This document shows positions 1-11,591 of a DNA stretch of 64,000 nucleotides, one piece after another. The stretch is taken from assembly GCF_006345805.1 (NCBI RefSeq), contig NC_042999.1, positions 138,694,001-138,758,000 on the forward strand, read 5' to 3'. A program made the translations under genes and the position numbers. How positions within the stretch are numbered: position 1 is the first letter of the stretch; every line of letters starts with the position of its first letter. The notes under the pieces were generated by a model. The model was not told the DNA's origin, searched no databases, and saw only the letters and a program-made list of their open reading frames with translations. This DNA comes from Octopus sinensis. Taxonomy: Eukaryota.

Positions 1-9
1 TAGAATTAT
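1..9 (-). CDS. Start of a further exon (D-N-S...) cut by the window edge
   Basis: Minus strand acttACTAACtcctgcttcagttaacatttctccAG|ataattcta: TACTAAC branch point, pyrimidine tract, CAG acceptor; open in phase 1. Confidence 0.5.
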
Positions 10-868
10 CTGGAGAAATGTTAACTGAAGCAGGAGTTAGTAAGTGGCGTGGCTTGATATTGACTGAAGTTTATAACTGAAAAGTATTAAGTGCTTAAGT
101 TCAATGAAGCATATCAGTGTGGTATAGTCTTGGCATATATGTTCTGGTATGATATAAAGTTATACATATGAATGCCTTTATTTTTAAATTGCAAGATGCT
201 TTCTGAGTATATTTTATAGTAAGTATGCAGTGTGGATATTCAGGGCACACAGAGGGAATATGCAATAGAGCTACCTCTACTGCATTATATAAGTGTTACA
301 TGAGTGATTTGGTGGTAGATAATATGGGTGTGTATGTAGATGCTAATAGTACTGTAGAATATGATACATGATATGAAGATGTTAGAAAAAATGAGGCGAA
401 AACTGAATGAGAGATAGCAAAAACAAAATATGGAACAAAGCTGAAAAGCACAAGCTTTTCCTCCACCTAAATATAACACGAAATAAATCTAAAAATTGTG
501 GAGGTAAATATGGAAAAGCAAAAGTATCACCATATTGATCTGATGGTCTTAAATGTAATAAATATCAAAATAAATCTTTTTAACAAACATTGTAAAGGAA
601 GGAAAAAATGAATTACAGATCTGGATTGTGTTGAAGTGTGTTAATACATCAACGTATCACAGATTTTCCAGTAATTTTCATTATAACCAGTACCAATCAA
701 TTATTCTTGTTGAGATCATAAACTTAACACCACCACCTGATCCTTAAATAGTAATAACGTATTATATGATCTTTGAGGACCTTTACAAGCACTTTTCCAG
801 CTAACACTGACCTTTAGATGCCCCCCATCATCATAGTGAATCTAGTGCAACATTAATCATCTTGATAC

Positions 869-889
869 CTTTCAGACATAGGGATAAAG
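869..889 (-). CDS. Candidate 21-nt phase-1 microexon (ALSLCLK)
   Basis: ggcattccAG|ctttatccctatgtctgaaag|GTatca; symmetric and stop-free, but splice sites only moderate. Confidence 0.25.
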
Positions 890-1036
890 CTGGAATGCCA
901 TAACTATGCATTGTTATGGATCTGATTAGTCAGGAATGACTTGGTACTAAACGATTTCACGCCAATCTCGTAACTATATTCAACATTAATGCACATTTTC
1001 ATCACCTCATAAAAACATTGCTTAGACATAGTATAA

Positions 1037-1348
1037 AAAAACGATAAACGTCACCCTTTTCAAGCCTAGCCAGGTTCATGGGCCTGGTTTCCCGGTTTCT
1101 GTGGCATATGTGTTCCCGCCAGCTGAATGGGACACCAGTCCATCGCAGCATTACTCAAGAAACAAGAAGAAAGAGAGAAAGTTGTGGCAAAAGAGTACAA
1201 CAAGGGTCGCCACCACCCCCTGCTAGAGCCTCGTGGAGCTTTTTAGGTGTTTTTGCTCAAGACACACACACAACACCCGGTCTGGGAATCGAAACCACGA
1301 TCCTCCAACCGTGAATCACCTCTAACTACTGGGCCATTGCACCTCCAC
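1037..1348 (-). mobile_element. tRNA-derived SINE, family B, tail type 1
   Basis: Minus-strand head ggtgcaatggcccagtagttag...gtttcgattccc (A/B-box-like); 14-bp TSD tagacatagtataa at 1023 and 1349; homologous to 47327-47641. Confidence 0.85.
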
Positions 1349-3521
1349 TAGACATAGTATAATCCACTATAATATGTCCACTATTACTATTTTTCTTCTA
1401 CCTCATTTCACATAGAACTACATTCTATGCATATAGCAGTGATAAACCACTTTATACACACACACACAGGAATACACCAGCATGGCTTCAGCCAAGATAG
1501 CGAAAACACTAAAGAACCAGAATATGCTTCTACATTAATATTACTATGCTTACCATCATAACTGTACCAACATTATACTCTTGTACATAGTGATGGTAAT
1601 AGTTGGTGTCTCAGCAAAACTTGACCTTTGTAGACTCCCACACTAATGTACTAATAATATTAAAATATAGAAAAGAAAGGGCAGGACAGAAAACATCAAG
1701 GCTGTAAATCTCTCTGATCATCATCTCCAGTTACATTAAAATTAATACGAGGTTGTGTGAAACAAACAGCAAAACTTTAGGTAAGAGTGATGGTAGGGGT
1801 AAAAGGGAAGAAGGCTATCAAATATATAATTCCATCATAACAGCAATTATAATATCTCATTCTGCACCATATATGTAAATAATCTGTAACAAAGGTATCA
1901 AAATATTTAATATTTTGGTATCTTAATATTTTTTGTTGACTAAACACAAAATTGTTTTTTGTGTGATACTTTTTATATTACTCGTCATATCTGTTTGAAT
2001 GTAAAAATAACATAACTGGGATTTGAAACAATGTGATACCAAGATAGGTGATATAATGTATTTAGGTGATATGCATAGATTATCTCCCTGCAAGTCCTCA
2101 AATGTGAAGGAGGGAAACCATCTAAGTTAACCCAAATGCTTGAAAGGTACTTTGTATTATTGACTCTGGGAGGATAATTGTAATCAATTGTGTTTTGGCT
2201 ATTACAAAGTTCAGAATTGTAGAACTGAGCAGCAGAAAATTGTGACATACACCTTTCCCAAAGATTAATGAAGTTGTTACAACCAGTAATGGAAATTACA
2301 CCTTTAAAGATATTCTCAATTGAGAAGTCTCAAATGAGATTGGAAATTCTGTTATAGAATCTATCAAATTTAGACGTATCTACAGCAACAGAGTTTGAGG
2401 TATTATGCAACAAATTTACATAATGTTCCATTTTGCCATATTCATTCCCTTCTCAAGGGAATGAATTTCAACCAAAAAGAAAATTGGATCAAAGGCTTTG
2501 CAAAAAAAAAATAAGTAATGATATTTCTTCCCAGTCACATGCACACACAATATGGAATATTACCAACATATCAGCTATTGCAATACAAACTTTCAAAGGC
2601 TGAGTGCAGAACTAGCTTAATATTTTTGCCATTGGAATATTGTGAACCAGAAATTGGCTTGTTAGAATCCTATAACCAACAACATTTAGTAACAAATTCA
2701 GGAGATACATTTTGCTTTAAAAAAAAAAAAAAAAAGGGAGAAATTAATTCTATGACTAGAATTAAGTAAAATATCTAAATTTCTGAAATCATTTTGTTCT
2801 AGTATAACAAGCAGAAGTGAGAAACGTTTATTAGTTAAACACAATGCTGGTTTTTGTGATGTACATATTTTTTTTGTACACCCCATTTTCAGTTAGAAAT
2901 CCTATTGCAGAAATTTAGCAGCATCATTGGCACTTTAATAAAGTAGCCAAAAGATAAAAGAACACAAAAACAACAAAACAAAAACAACAAAAAGGGGTGG
3001 GGAATAAATTACCTGTCAGCAGTGACAGGTTCAGAAGTTGGTATCAAATTATTAAAAGATAAACAGAAGCAATACACATGAAAAAAGAACTACACATTAT
3101 ATACACAACACACGCCATATATATGAGAAACATTGATGAAAGCAAGGAGGACCAAAGCAGAAAATACTATTTTTTTGAGATCAGAAAACAATGACACTGG
3201 AACAACAGACACAGCAAACACTACTTCTACTAGAGATAGATAGTAATGGGGGTTTGGATTGAGGATAGGGTAAGGAGAAAAGTCAAGAGGGGAAGAGGAA
3301 TAAAAATATTAAAGAATACCAAGAAACCAGAAGCAGTACAATAAATTGCTGTTTGACTTAGTGTGTGTGTATGAGTGCGCTTGTGTGTGTGTGCATGTGT
3401 AAAATGGTATTGTTTACTATTTGTTATTTTCGCTCCCATTCAGTCTCAAATACAGGGAGTAGATTGTATAAGAGGAAAAACACTAGCTTGTACTACTACT
3501 GCTGCTGCTACTACAAGATAC

Positions 3522-3617
3522 CTGAGACATCATCAGTAGGTTCAGCCGTAGGGGGACACCTTACAGGCTTTGGTGGTGGTGGCGGTGGTGGAGGTTTTTG
3601 TTTTAAGGGAGGAGGAA
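3522..3617 (-). CDS. 96-nt proline-rich exon VPPPLKQKPPPPPPPPKPVRCPPTAEPTDDVS
   Basis: ctttctcttttcttctttaccAG|ttcctcct...gtctcag|GTatct; phase 1/1 matches the upstream exons. Confidence 0.75.
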
Positions 3618-4074
3618 CTGGTAAAGAAGAAAAGAGAAAGAATGAGAATATACTGATCCCACCAGAAACTAAAGCATATATGTAAGACAAAAAACAAAAC
3701 AAAACAAAAACATCTAGACACCTGAGGTGTCGGTACAGTACAGTGGTGTTCTAGCATGAGCAATATGGTTATGTCCATGGCAAAAAAGAAAGAAAAGAAA
3801 TAAGAATTGAAAAAAATATAAAACAAAATAAAATATATAGTAAAAAGTGGATTATGGAGTTGAGGTACTGTGACATGGTAAAGTTTCCAGATTTAATGTC
3901 ATCTTATACTTGTGGTGTTTTTGCTGCAGTCATTGACCAGTAATTGTTCAGGCTCGGTATCAATTACATTAGACATCTGTGTATGATTTTGATTTTGATT
4001 TTTCCAGTTTCAGCTCATGAGCTGTGGCCATGCTGGGGCACCGCCATTTGGTTTGCTACATGATTTTACCTACT

Positions 4075-4285
4075 GCCATTTGGTGCATGAGAGTTCAATG
4101 CAGCTGCCCTCATCTGCACCTCCTGCCGTGAAGTTGGTTCATCCGGGACACCTGACAGGAAGAGATCCAGTCCTACTTTAAAGACATCCGCATCTACACC
4201 ATGCAGGTCCCTCAGGTTCTTCGGGAGGATATTGAAGAGCTGTGGGCCTCTGAAGCCCAGGCTATCACAGTATGTGCAAATTGGT
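4075..4285 (-). mobile_element. LINE (CR1/L2-like) ORF2 C-terminal fragment
   Basis: Translates TYCDSLGFRGPQLFNILPKNLRDLHGVDADVFKVGLDLFLSGVPDEP, resembling LINE ORF2 C-termini. Confidence 0.65.
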
Positions 4286-4857
4286 CATGGATTCTAACTA
4301 CCTATCTTCCTTTGACAAAATTATATTTTAAAAAGAAATAGAAGTGAGAGGAAAACTAAATCTCACCAGCTTAAATAAAAAAAAACAAACATTTTGGATA
4401 TCATTAAAAAGAATGGATGGTCAGGGTTAGAATTCTTTTGATCATAAGTCTGCTTAGTTAGGGCTGAAAATCTGGTGCAAAACACTTTGGATCAATAGAA
4501 ACAGAGAAATAGCTTTCTCAAGAACATTAGCAACCAAAGTGAAATAGTTGTCCCCATATTCAAAAGACGTGAAACTATTTCTACTTTATGCTTCTCACCA
4601 TGTAAAGAAGCTGAAATACTGAAATAAGAATATCCCCAGGCAATGTCTGCCTTAAGAGTAACATTTTCTGACAGAATTAGGTAGGCGGGAAACTAACAAA
4701 ATGAAATCCAGACAGTAGCAATTAACAAAAATTAAAAGAAAGAGCAAATATGATATAAATATGCCAAACCCTTACCCATTGAAACAAAGTGTATAATGCA
4801 GCTTAATATTGTGAGAGATTGGTAAATAGACACACACACACACACACACACACATGT

Positions 4858-5150
4858 AAGGGCACGTGCCCTAGTGATTAGGGTGTTGCACTCATGATTA
4901 CAAGATCGTGATGAGGATTCCTGGACTGGGCAATGCATTGTGTTCTTGAGCAAAACACTTCATTTGATGTTGCTCTGCAATCACTTCAGTATCTAACGTG
5001 TGGCACACCTTGTTCCAGTACAGTCAATACTGTTTTGGTGGAGGGAGGGAGCTAAAGTACAGTATAAACATTCAATCATTATAAGTCATCTGTGCAGGTT
5101 GTTCAGAAAGTAATTGTAGAGACCCTTAGCTGTCATTTATGATAGGAGAC
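4858..5150 (+). mobile_element. Degenerate tRNA-derived SINE, family D
   Basis: Head and the tgtgttcttgagcaaaacac segment are shared with 29316-29582 and 63055-63386. Confidence 0.6.
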
Positions 5151-5156
5151 TACACA

Positions 5157-5679
5157 TACCGTAAATCGAGTATAGTCTGCCCTTGAGTATAATACACAGG
5201 GGATTTTTAGGGTGCTGTACTTCTGAAAAACCTAAATCTTGTGTATAATCTGCACTCCTTCTCTAACTTGAGTCATATGTAATTAAGCCAGCAGCACCTA
5301 GTCGAACAAACACTTCCGCGCATGCGTAATACAATAATGGTGATATTCTTAACTGTTATATGGGAATGTAAATATGTTTGAAAATTGTTTTTGTTACATA
5401 TTATTCTGTGTTCTGAATACTTTTATTTTAATAAATGTTGCTTACTGCAAGTTATGGATGATTCTTTTATGACTTCATTGCTTTCAGGCTTAGCTTAAGG
5501 TATTTTCGCGCTCGACATCACAAAATGTGTCTGAATAAACATTGCCAGACAGCAAATAGAGAATCGGACATTGCTTAGAAAATATTTTTCATTTTTAACC
5601 TTGTATATAGTACGCACTAGGGATTTTGACCTTTAAATTTCAGGGAAAAAATGTGGATTATACTCGAGGATTTACGGTA
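5157..5679. mobile_element. Non-autonomous Tc/mariner-superfamily MITE (TA-CCGTA ends)
   Basis: TIRs taccgtaaatc(ct)cgagtata / tatactcgaggatttacggta; second copy at 61179-61691. Confidence 0.8.
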
Positions 5680-6564
5680 CACAGATTTAAAAATAAAAAT
5701 AGCAGGTTTTTGTTATTTGCAATGTAAAATAACTATAAGAATAATTAAAAATGATAAATAATAAATAAAACAAATAAAAAACAATAATGCAACAATAAAT
5801 AAAACTAAGATCAATTATAAAAACAATAATAACAATAAGAGCAGTAATAGCAAATATGTTCATTAAAGGTTAGACACTTCTAAAATTGCAGTGATATTTG
5901 ATTGAAATAAACTAAATTTAGTTCAAGTTACTAATCTGAGGCTTCTATCTACTGAATGGACAAAAAATAGTGAATGCATGAGAGAGAGAAAGAGAGAGAG
6001 AAGAAAAGAAAGAATGAAAGAAAAATTGTTAAAAATGCTTACTTTAGAATAAAAAAATATTTTAATCTTTTCTAAAAACAAATCCTATTTAGTATATTCC
6101 CTTAATTTTCTAAGCATTTCACTTAAATCATTACAAATTATATAACAATTTCAATATAAAATGTCCAAGAATAATATATATTTGTTAATCACATTCTGTT
6201 TTTGAAAAACATTCTAAACAAATACAGATTGCTCAAATTGAAGGTATAAAAAAACAAAGAAACAAGCATTAACCAAAAACAATACAAATGTCTGTGAAAA
6301 TAAGAGAAATCTTCACAAGTAAAGCAAAACATAAGCATGAAGTTTGATAAAACCCAACATGCAGGATTAAAAGTCGAGATGGACTTTGAATTAAACCTAG
6401 TTTCAATGGATTTTTACTTTGGGTGTTTGAAAAATTTGCTCAATTTATCATTACATAAGGACCAAAAGTATAAGGCAGCCAATTTACTTCAGGTCCTCTA
6501 GAATATGATACGTTAGGAAACAAATCACTGACAACCCTTCTACAACCCGCCGAATCAATGTTAA

Positions 6565-6624
6565 TCAATTGCAGAGAACACTTTCCAGAACATTTTTATT
6601 CTCTGCAACTGAGTAATATTGAAG
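6565..6624 (-). CDS. Candidate alternative terminal exon LQYYSVAENKNVLESVLCN*
   Basis: ctttcatatacattgtttacAG|cttcaatat...tga; phase 0 fits only the 6987-7027 candidate. Confidence 0.25.
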   Translation of the reverse strand, partial: LQYYSVAENKNVLESVLCN

Positions 6625-6986
6625 CTGTAAACAATGTATATGAAAGTAGTTGTAGAAAGTTTCCTACTGGTATAAAAGTAAAAAGATTTAAGCTATAACT
6701 CAGCATGTTGGGTGGGATTGGGGGTAGCGTATGCAACAAAATTGATCAGAGTTAACAATTGAAAGAAGAACTTGAAACAAAATGCAAACCAATAAAAGTT
6801 CTGGTAGATAAGCTGATCTATAAAGAAGAAACAATGGACTGTATTTTATCTGACATTAGAAAAACTAATAAATATGCATGCCCAAATAGATGTTCAACTG
6901 AATACAATACCAAATAGATGTTCCAATTGAATACAATACCACCAAATACTTAGCAAAACTCTAAAATATGTGATGGTACACCTTAC

Positions 6987-7027
6987 TTTCATAGACGTGT
7001 CTGTCACACACACTGCCTCAATATTGA
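6987..7027 (-). CDS. Candidate 41-nt exon VNIEAVCVTDTSMK (phase 1 to 0)
   Basis: aaattcctttccAG|tcaatattg...atgaaa|GTaagg; good sites and stop-free. Confidence 0.35.
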
Positions 7028-8375
7028 CTGGAAAGGAATTTGTCCCCAGTTTATAATTGTTATTCAAATTTAAATGCTACACATTTTATATGTATTTATA
7101 TTTTATTTTAAGCTGTTTTACAGACTAAATCACAATTAGTTTTTATCACATTTGTAATGAATAGTCAACAGAAAAGAACATTTCAGTAGATTCACTCTAA
7201 ACACTTTTTTGTAGATTAAGTCAATTGGGTCAATTCTCAAAACCTTAAAGAGTTAACAATGGATGCAGAAGCAAAGCAGGGTAGCAAATTGTAATTTGCA
7301 GCTAAGAGTATGAGATTATATTTAAAAATTCATTGCCACTGCACCTCGTTAAAAATAAAGCCAATATTTTTTTTTCCTTCTTCCTTCATGGCCTTTCAAC
7401 TTTTTATTAGAAACTAATTATTGAAGTAATATGAGAAGAAACAACTTGAAATATGGAATTTAGTTGCAAACAAAAACATTTCCCATGAAATTATTCCCAT
7501 AAAAATAAACAAGCAAAAACAAGTTACTACTTCCTTAAATCAGAACTTGAAATAACAAATGATTAATATTAGTCACTGGGATTATGTTTCCCTTCCTCAT
7601 TACAAAGGTAATTTTAATTGAAAGTTTTTGCTCATTTAAGTGTGTTAGTACTCACATATTCTGGAATGACCGGGTATTATTTTTTTTTAAAGGAAAAAGG
7701 AGATGGCAAACAGCTTCTCTACAAGATTTGCCATTTGTTTTAACTAGAAAAAACTATTTTTAGCTATGAGATTCCTTCCTTTAATTTTTTTATTAAAATT
7801 TTTTTTTTATATATATTGTTTGAGAAAAGTCTCTTTGTTGGAGGCTCAAAGTCTGCAGTTGTAACTTAGCAGTTTTAATCTTTCCTTATAAAGTATACTA
7901 TATAGTCCAGCAATGAGATCTCTTGACTGGACGTAAATTACACATTTGCCAATTGAAGGACACTGATTTCATATATATAACAATTTGAAACCAATTTTCT
8001 TCGTAAGTTAAGTACTTCAGTTCTTAATTTGTACACCAGCCAGCTATTGATTCTGAATGCAAATTGCACAACTTCTAAATGGATATTCAAGGTAACATTT
8101 TAAGACTCATCATTAATTAAATCCATTAGGAAGAATTAATGATTTTTATAATGGTGTTAATTCAAATGATATGAAACAAAATAGGCTTTAATAAAGACAC
8201 TTGACAAATTCAAAGGTCTAGCCTATCTAATTGAAAATTTAGACTGTAGAGACCACTGCTGTGGTCAAGAGTATGGCAACATTAACAAATGTTTGTTAAC
8301 TCAAAGTGCTGAGTTCAAATCCTCCTAAAAGAGCCTGAAAAATATCTTGGAAGCCATTATAATGAATCTTCACAA

Positions 8376-9282
8376 TATAAGCTGGTATCAAAAAGTTCCT
8401 GGACCAGTTCTGTAGTGTGCCAACAGATTGCAGCACATGGTTGTATATATAGCAGGAGCTAGCAGTGATCTTCTTCAGGCAGTGTGCCAAGTGACATCGC
8501 TGTGTTTACTTGTGAAACTCGTGTTCTTGTGATCATGTGTATGCTGTAGTCTGCAATTTTTGTCATGGACAGGAAGCTGGAGCAAAGAGCCAATGTGAAA
8601 TTTTGCATCTGACTTGGGAAGTCTGCTGTAGAGACATTGAGAATGCTTCAGAAACCTTACAGTGATGCAGCAATGGGTCATACATGATGTTTCAAGTGGC
8701 ATGGGCACTTCAGAAGCTGAAGAATGTCCCTGGAAGATAAGCAATCTGGAAGACCTACCATGAACATCACTCCTAGAAAATGTGGACAAAAGTCATCAGC
8801 TTGTGCCTGAGGATCATTGGAGGACAATCAATGATATTTTGAAGCATTTAAGGAAGGACATTTGGTGAAAGAATCTGAAGTGCAGAGAATTGGATTCAAG
8901 TGCAGAGAATTGGACAATGCACCCTGTCATCAAGCTCTCCTCACTTGTGAGTTTCTCATCTAAAACAACATGGTATCACTTCCACATCTGTCCTACTCAT
9001 CAGATTTATCACTTGTGAACCTCCATCTCTTCCTCATGATGAACCTGCAGCTCAAAAGTCAGTTTCAACACTGCTGTTGAGATCAAGAGTGAATCACAAA
9101 AGGTCCTTGATTTGCTTACCAACAACTTCTAGGTTGGATACTAAAAGTGGTAGGAATGCTGGGACTGGTAAAATTTTGTGCAAGGTGGCTATTTCAAAGG
9201 AAATGATGTTAAAATTTATGATTAATACAAAAATAAATTATTTACCCAACTAGTCCAGGAAACCTTTTGATATCACCTCGTA
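8376..9282 (+). mobile_element. Internally deleted, decayed mariner transposon
   Basis: TIRs ...tatcaaaaagttcctggac / gtccaggaaaccttttgatatcacctcgta. Remnants MDRKLEQRANVKFC..LGKSAVETLRML..., DNAPCH and HLSYSSDL, with stops and frameshifts. Confidence 0.85.
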
Positions 9283-9414
9283 AATATGGTTTACAGAAGT
9301 TAACTTTTACTAAAAACGAAAAAAAGAAAAAGACTTTGCATCAGTCAGTGGTTCTCGGTTTTTACCTATAGATGCCTTTGATTCTTATTGCTTTTGTGTG
9401 TACTCTCATAGCCA

Positions 9415-9665
9415 TTCATCATAATCGTTTAATGTCCGTTTTCCATGGTAGCATGGGTTGGACGGTTTGACGGGGGTCTGGGAAGCCAGGAGGCTGCACC
9501 AGGCTCGTCTGATCTGGCAGTGTTTCTACAGTTGGATGCCCTTCCTAATGCCAACCACTCTGAGTGTAGTAGGTGCCTTTTATGTGCCACCAGCATAGAA
9601 GCCAGTCAAGGCGGCGCTGGCATCGGCCATGTTCGGATGGTGCATTTTACATGCCACCAGCACCG
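9415..9665 (-). mobile_element. Retroposon 3' fragment (RTE-like tail)
   Basis: Minus strand ends ccatggaaaacggacattaaacga(tta)tgatga; same family as 30905-31124 on plus. Confidence 0.6.
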
Positions 9666-10018
9666 ATATCACAACTTCAATTTCCATTTGATTTTTTGAT
9701 GTGCTTGAAGAGATCCCATAGCCATTCAATATTTTAAAAAATCCTACTATATTCGTATAATTTTATTAGGAATTGTACACTAAAATTGTTAAAATATTGT
9801 GTATTGTTGAAGCATAACCAGTTTGTTGGACAAATTTTAAAGTCTCATATGGACCCCAATAGATCATATAAACCTTGGTTGAGAACCATTGATTGAAATC
9901 ATTTAATAACCCTCACCCACTACCAGTATACATTTAAGCAAGTTAAGACAGAACCTCTATAGATGGTAACTTGATTTGCTAGAAATAACAACCAAATCTC
10001 CCACCCACATTCTAAATA

Positions 10019-10394
10019 GGGAAGCACTCCGTCGGTTATGACAACGAGGGTTCCGGTTGATCCGAATCAACGGAACAGCCTGCTCGTGAAATTAACGTGT
10101 AAGTGGCTGAGCACTCCACAGACACGTATACCCTTAACGTAGTTCTCGGGGATATTCAGCGTGACACAGAGAGTGACAAGGCCGGCCCTTTGAAATACAG
10201 GTACAACAGAAACAGGAAGTAAGAGTGAGAGAAAGTTGTGGTGAAAGAGTACAGCAGGGATCACCACCATCCCCTGCTGGAGCATCGTGGAGCTTTAGGT
10301 GTTTTCGCTCAATAAACACAATGCCCGGTCTGGGAATCGAAACCGCGATCCTATGACCGCGAGTCTGCTGCCCTAACCACTGGGCCATTGTGCC
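10019..10394 (-). mobile_element. tRNA-derived SINE, family B, tail type 2
   Basis: Head aggcacaatggcccagtggttagggcagc...ggtttcgattccc; homologous to 20991-21305. Confidence 0.85.
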
Positions 10395-10864
10395 TAACAA
10401 ACGTAAATGAAAGATGGGATGGACACAACTGCAATGTTTTTGAACATAGGTCTACTGATCTATACAGAAATGGAACTAAACATTTATTCAAGAGTGTTTT
10501 TTTTTTTATTCCATTTCCTAACAACTCCATTCTTTGTATATACAATCATCACCTAACTACCGCTCCATTACCTTCTATGCTGGAAAAGCTATTTTAGCCT
10601 TAGGCTCCAAAATGTCACCACCACCCTGTTTCCAGCAAGGGTAGGTGAGTCTACTATTATTCCATTCAGCCAAACAGCAGCAGCTTTTCAGAGATTGGAG
10701 CATAGTTCCTTTAATGGTAAAAGTTAGAAACGATAGAAGGGGAGTGGTGTGAAGAATTCTCTGCGGTTGTGAGGTGATGTATCAGTTTGCAGTAGACAAC
10801 CATACATTCATTCACTCACTTAACATGGAGCCACCTGGCCTGCTAGTATATTTCTAATTGTTTG

Positions 10865-11270
10865 ATAGGGAGAAGAAGAGAGAACAAATAAATGAAAGAG
10901 AGAGAGAAGGAAAACAAATGAGAGAAAGAGAGTGGAAACAAACAAGGGGGAATAAGAGAAAGCAAATTGGGGGAAATAAGAGACAGCGAATGTGGGAAAT
11001 AAGAGAAAGTGAATAGAGGGGGAATAAAAGAAAGAATAGTGGGGGAGAATAAAAGAAAGAGAATAGGGGGAACTAAGGGAGGGAGAGGGTAGATAAGCAA
11101 CAGAGAGAGAGGGGGGCAAGTGATAAAGAAAGCAGTTGGTGGGGAGGGGGACAAGAGGCAGAAAGCCTAGAGAAAGAGTAAAGAATGAAATGGGTAAATA
11201 CAAAACCTGGTTGGGAGATGGGGGAGTGGGGAAAGATGAGAGATAAGAAAAAGATAAGAGGCTAAAATAA
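10865..11270. repeat. Low-complexity purine-rich tract (polypyrimidine on the transcribed strand)
   Basis: About 400 nt of gaga/gaaa/ggga units. Confidence 0.7.
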
Positions 11271-11553
11271 ATTCATGATGAAAATGCCTTTTGTAACTCA
11301 TTGCAGGATTTTAATACAATATAAACTACTGAATAATGTTTTATATATCTATGAAGTGATGCACACACATATTCATATAATAGGTAGTTGTGATGTTCAT
11401 ACATTTTCTCATTGGCTTTAATGAAATAAGAAATTCAATTAGCTTTGGGTTAATAATATCAAAAAATGAGAGTTTAATCAGTTATTTTTAGCATAATGGC
11501 TATCAAGCTGGTGTGGAAGGAGTAGAGGGAGAGGGAGAAAGAGGGAGGGGAGG

Positions 11554-11591
<38 letters not shown>

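Noticed and set aside
1985-2248. 87-aa ORF with a possible acceptor near 2225
   Set aside because: Stop in phase 1; no convincing donor in a compatible phase.
10820-11203. Leu/Ser/Phe-rich ORFs
   Set aside because: Low-complexity polypyrimidine tract.
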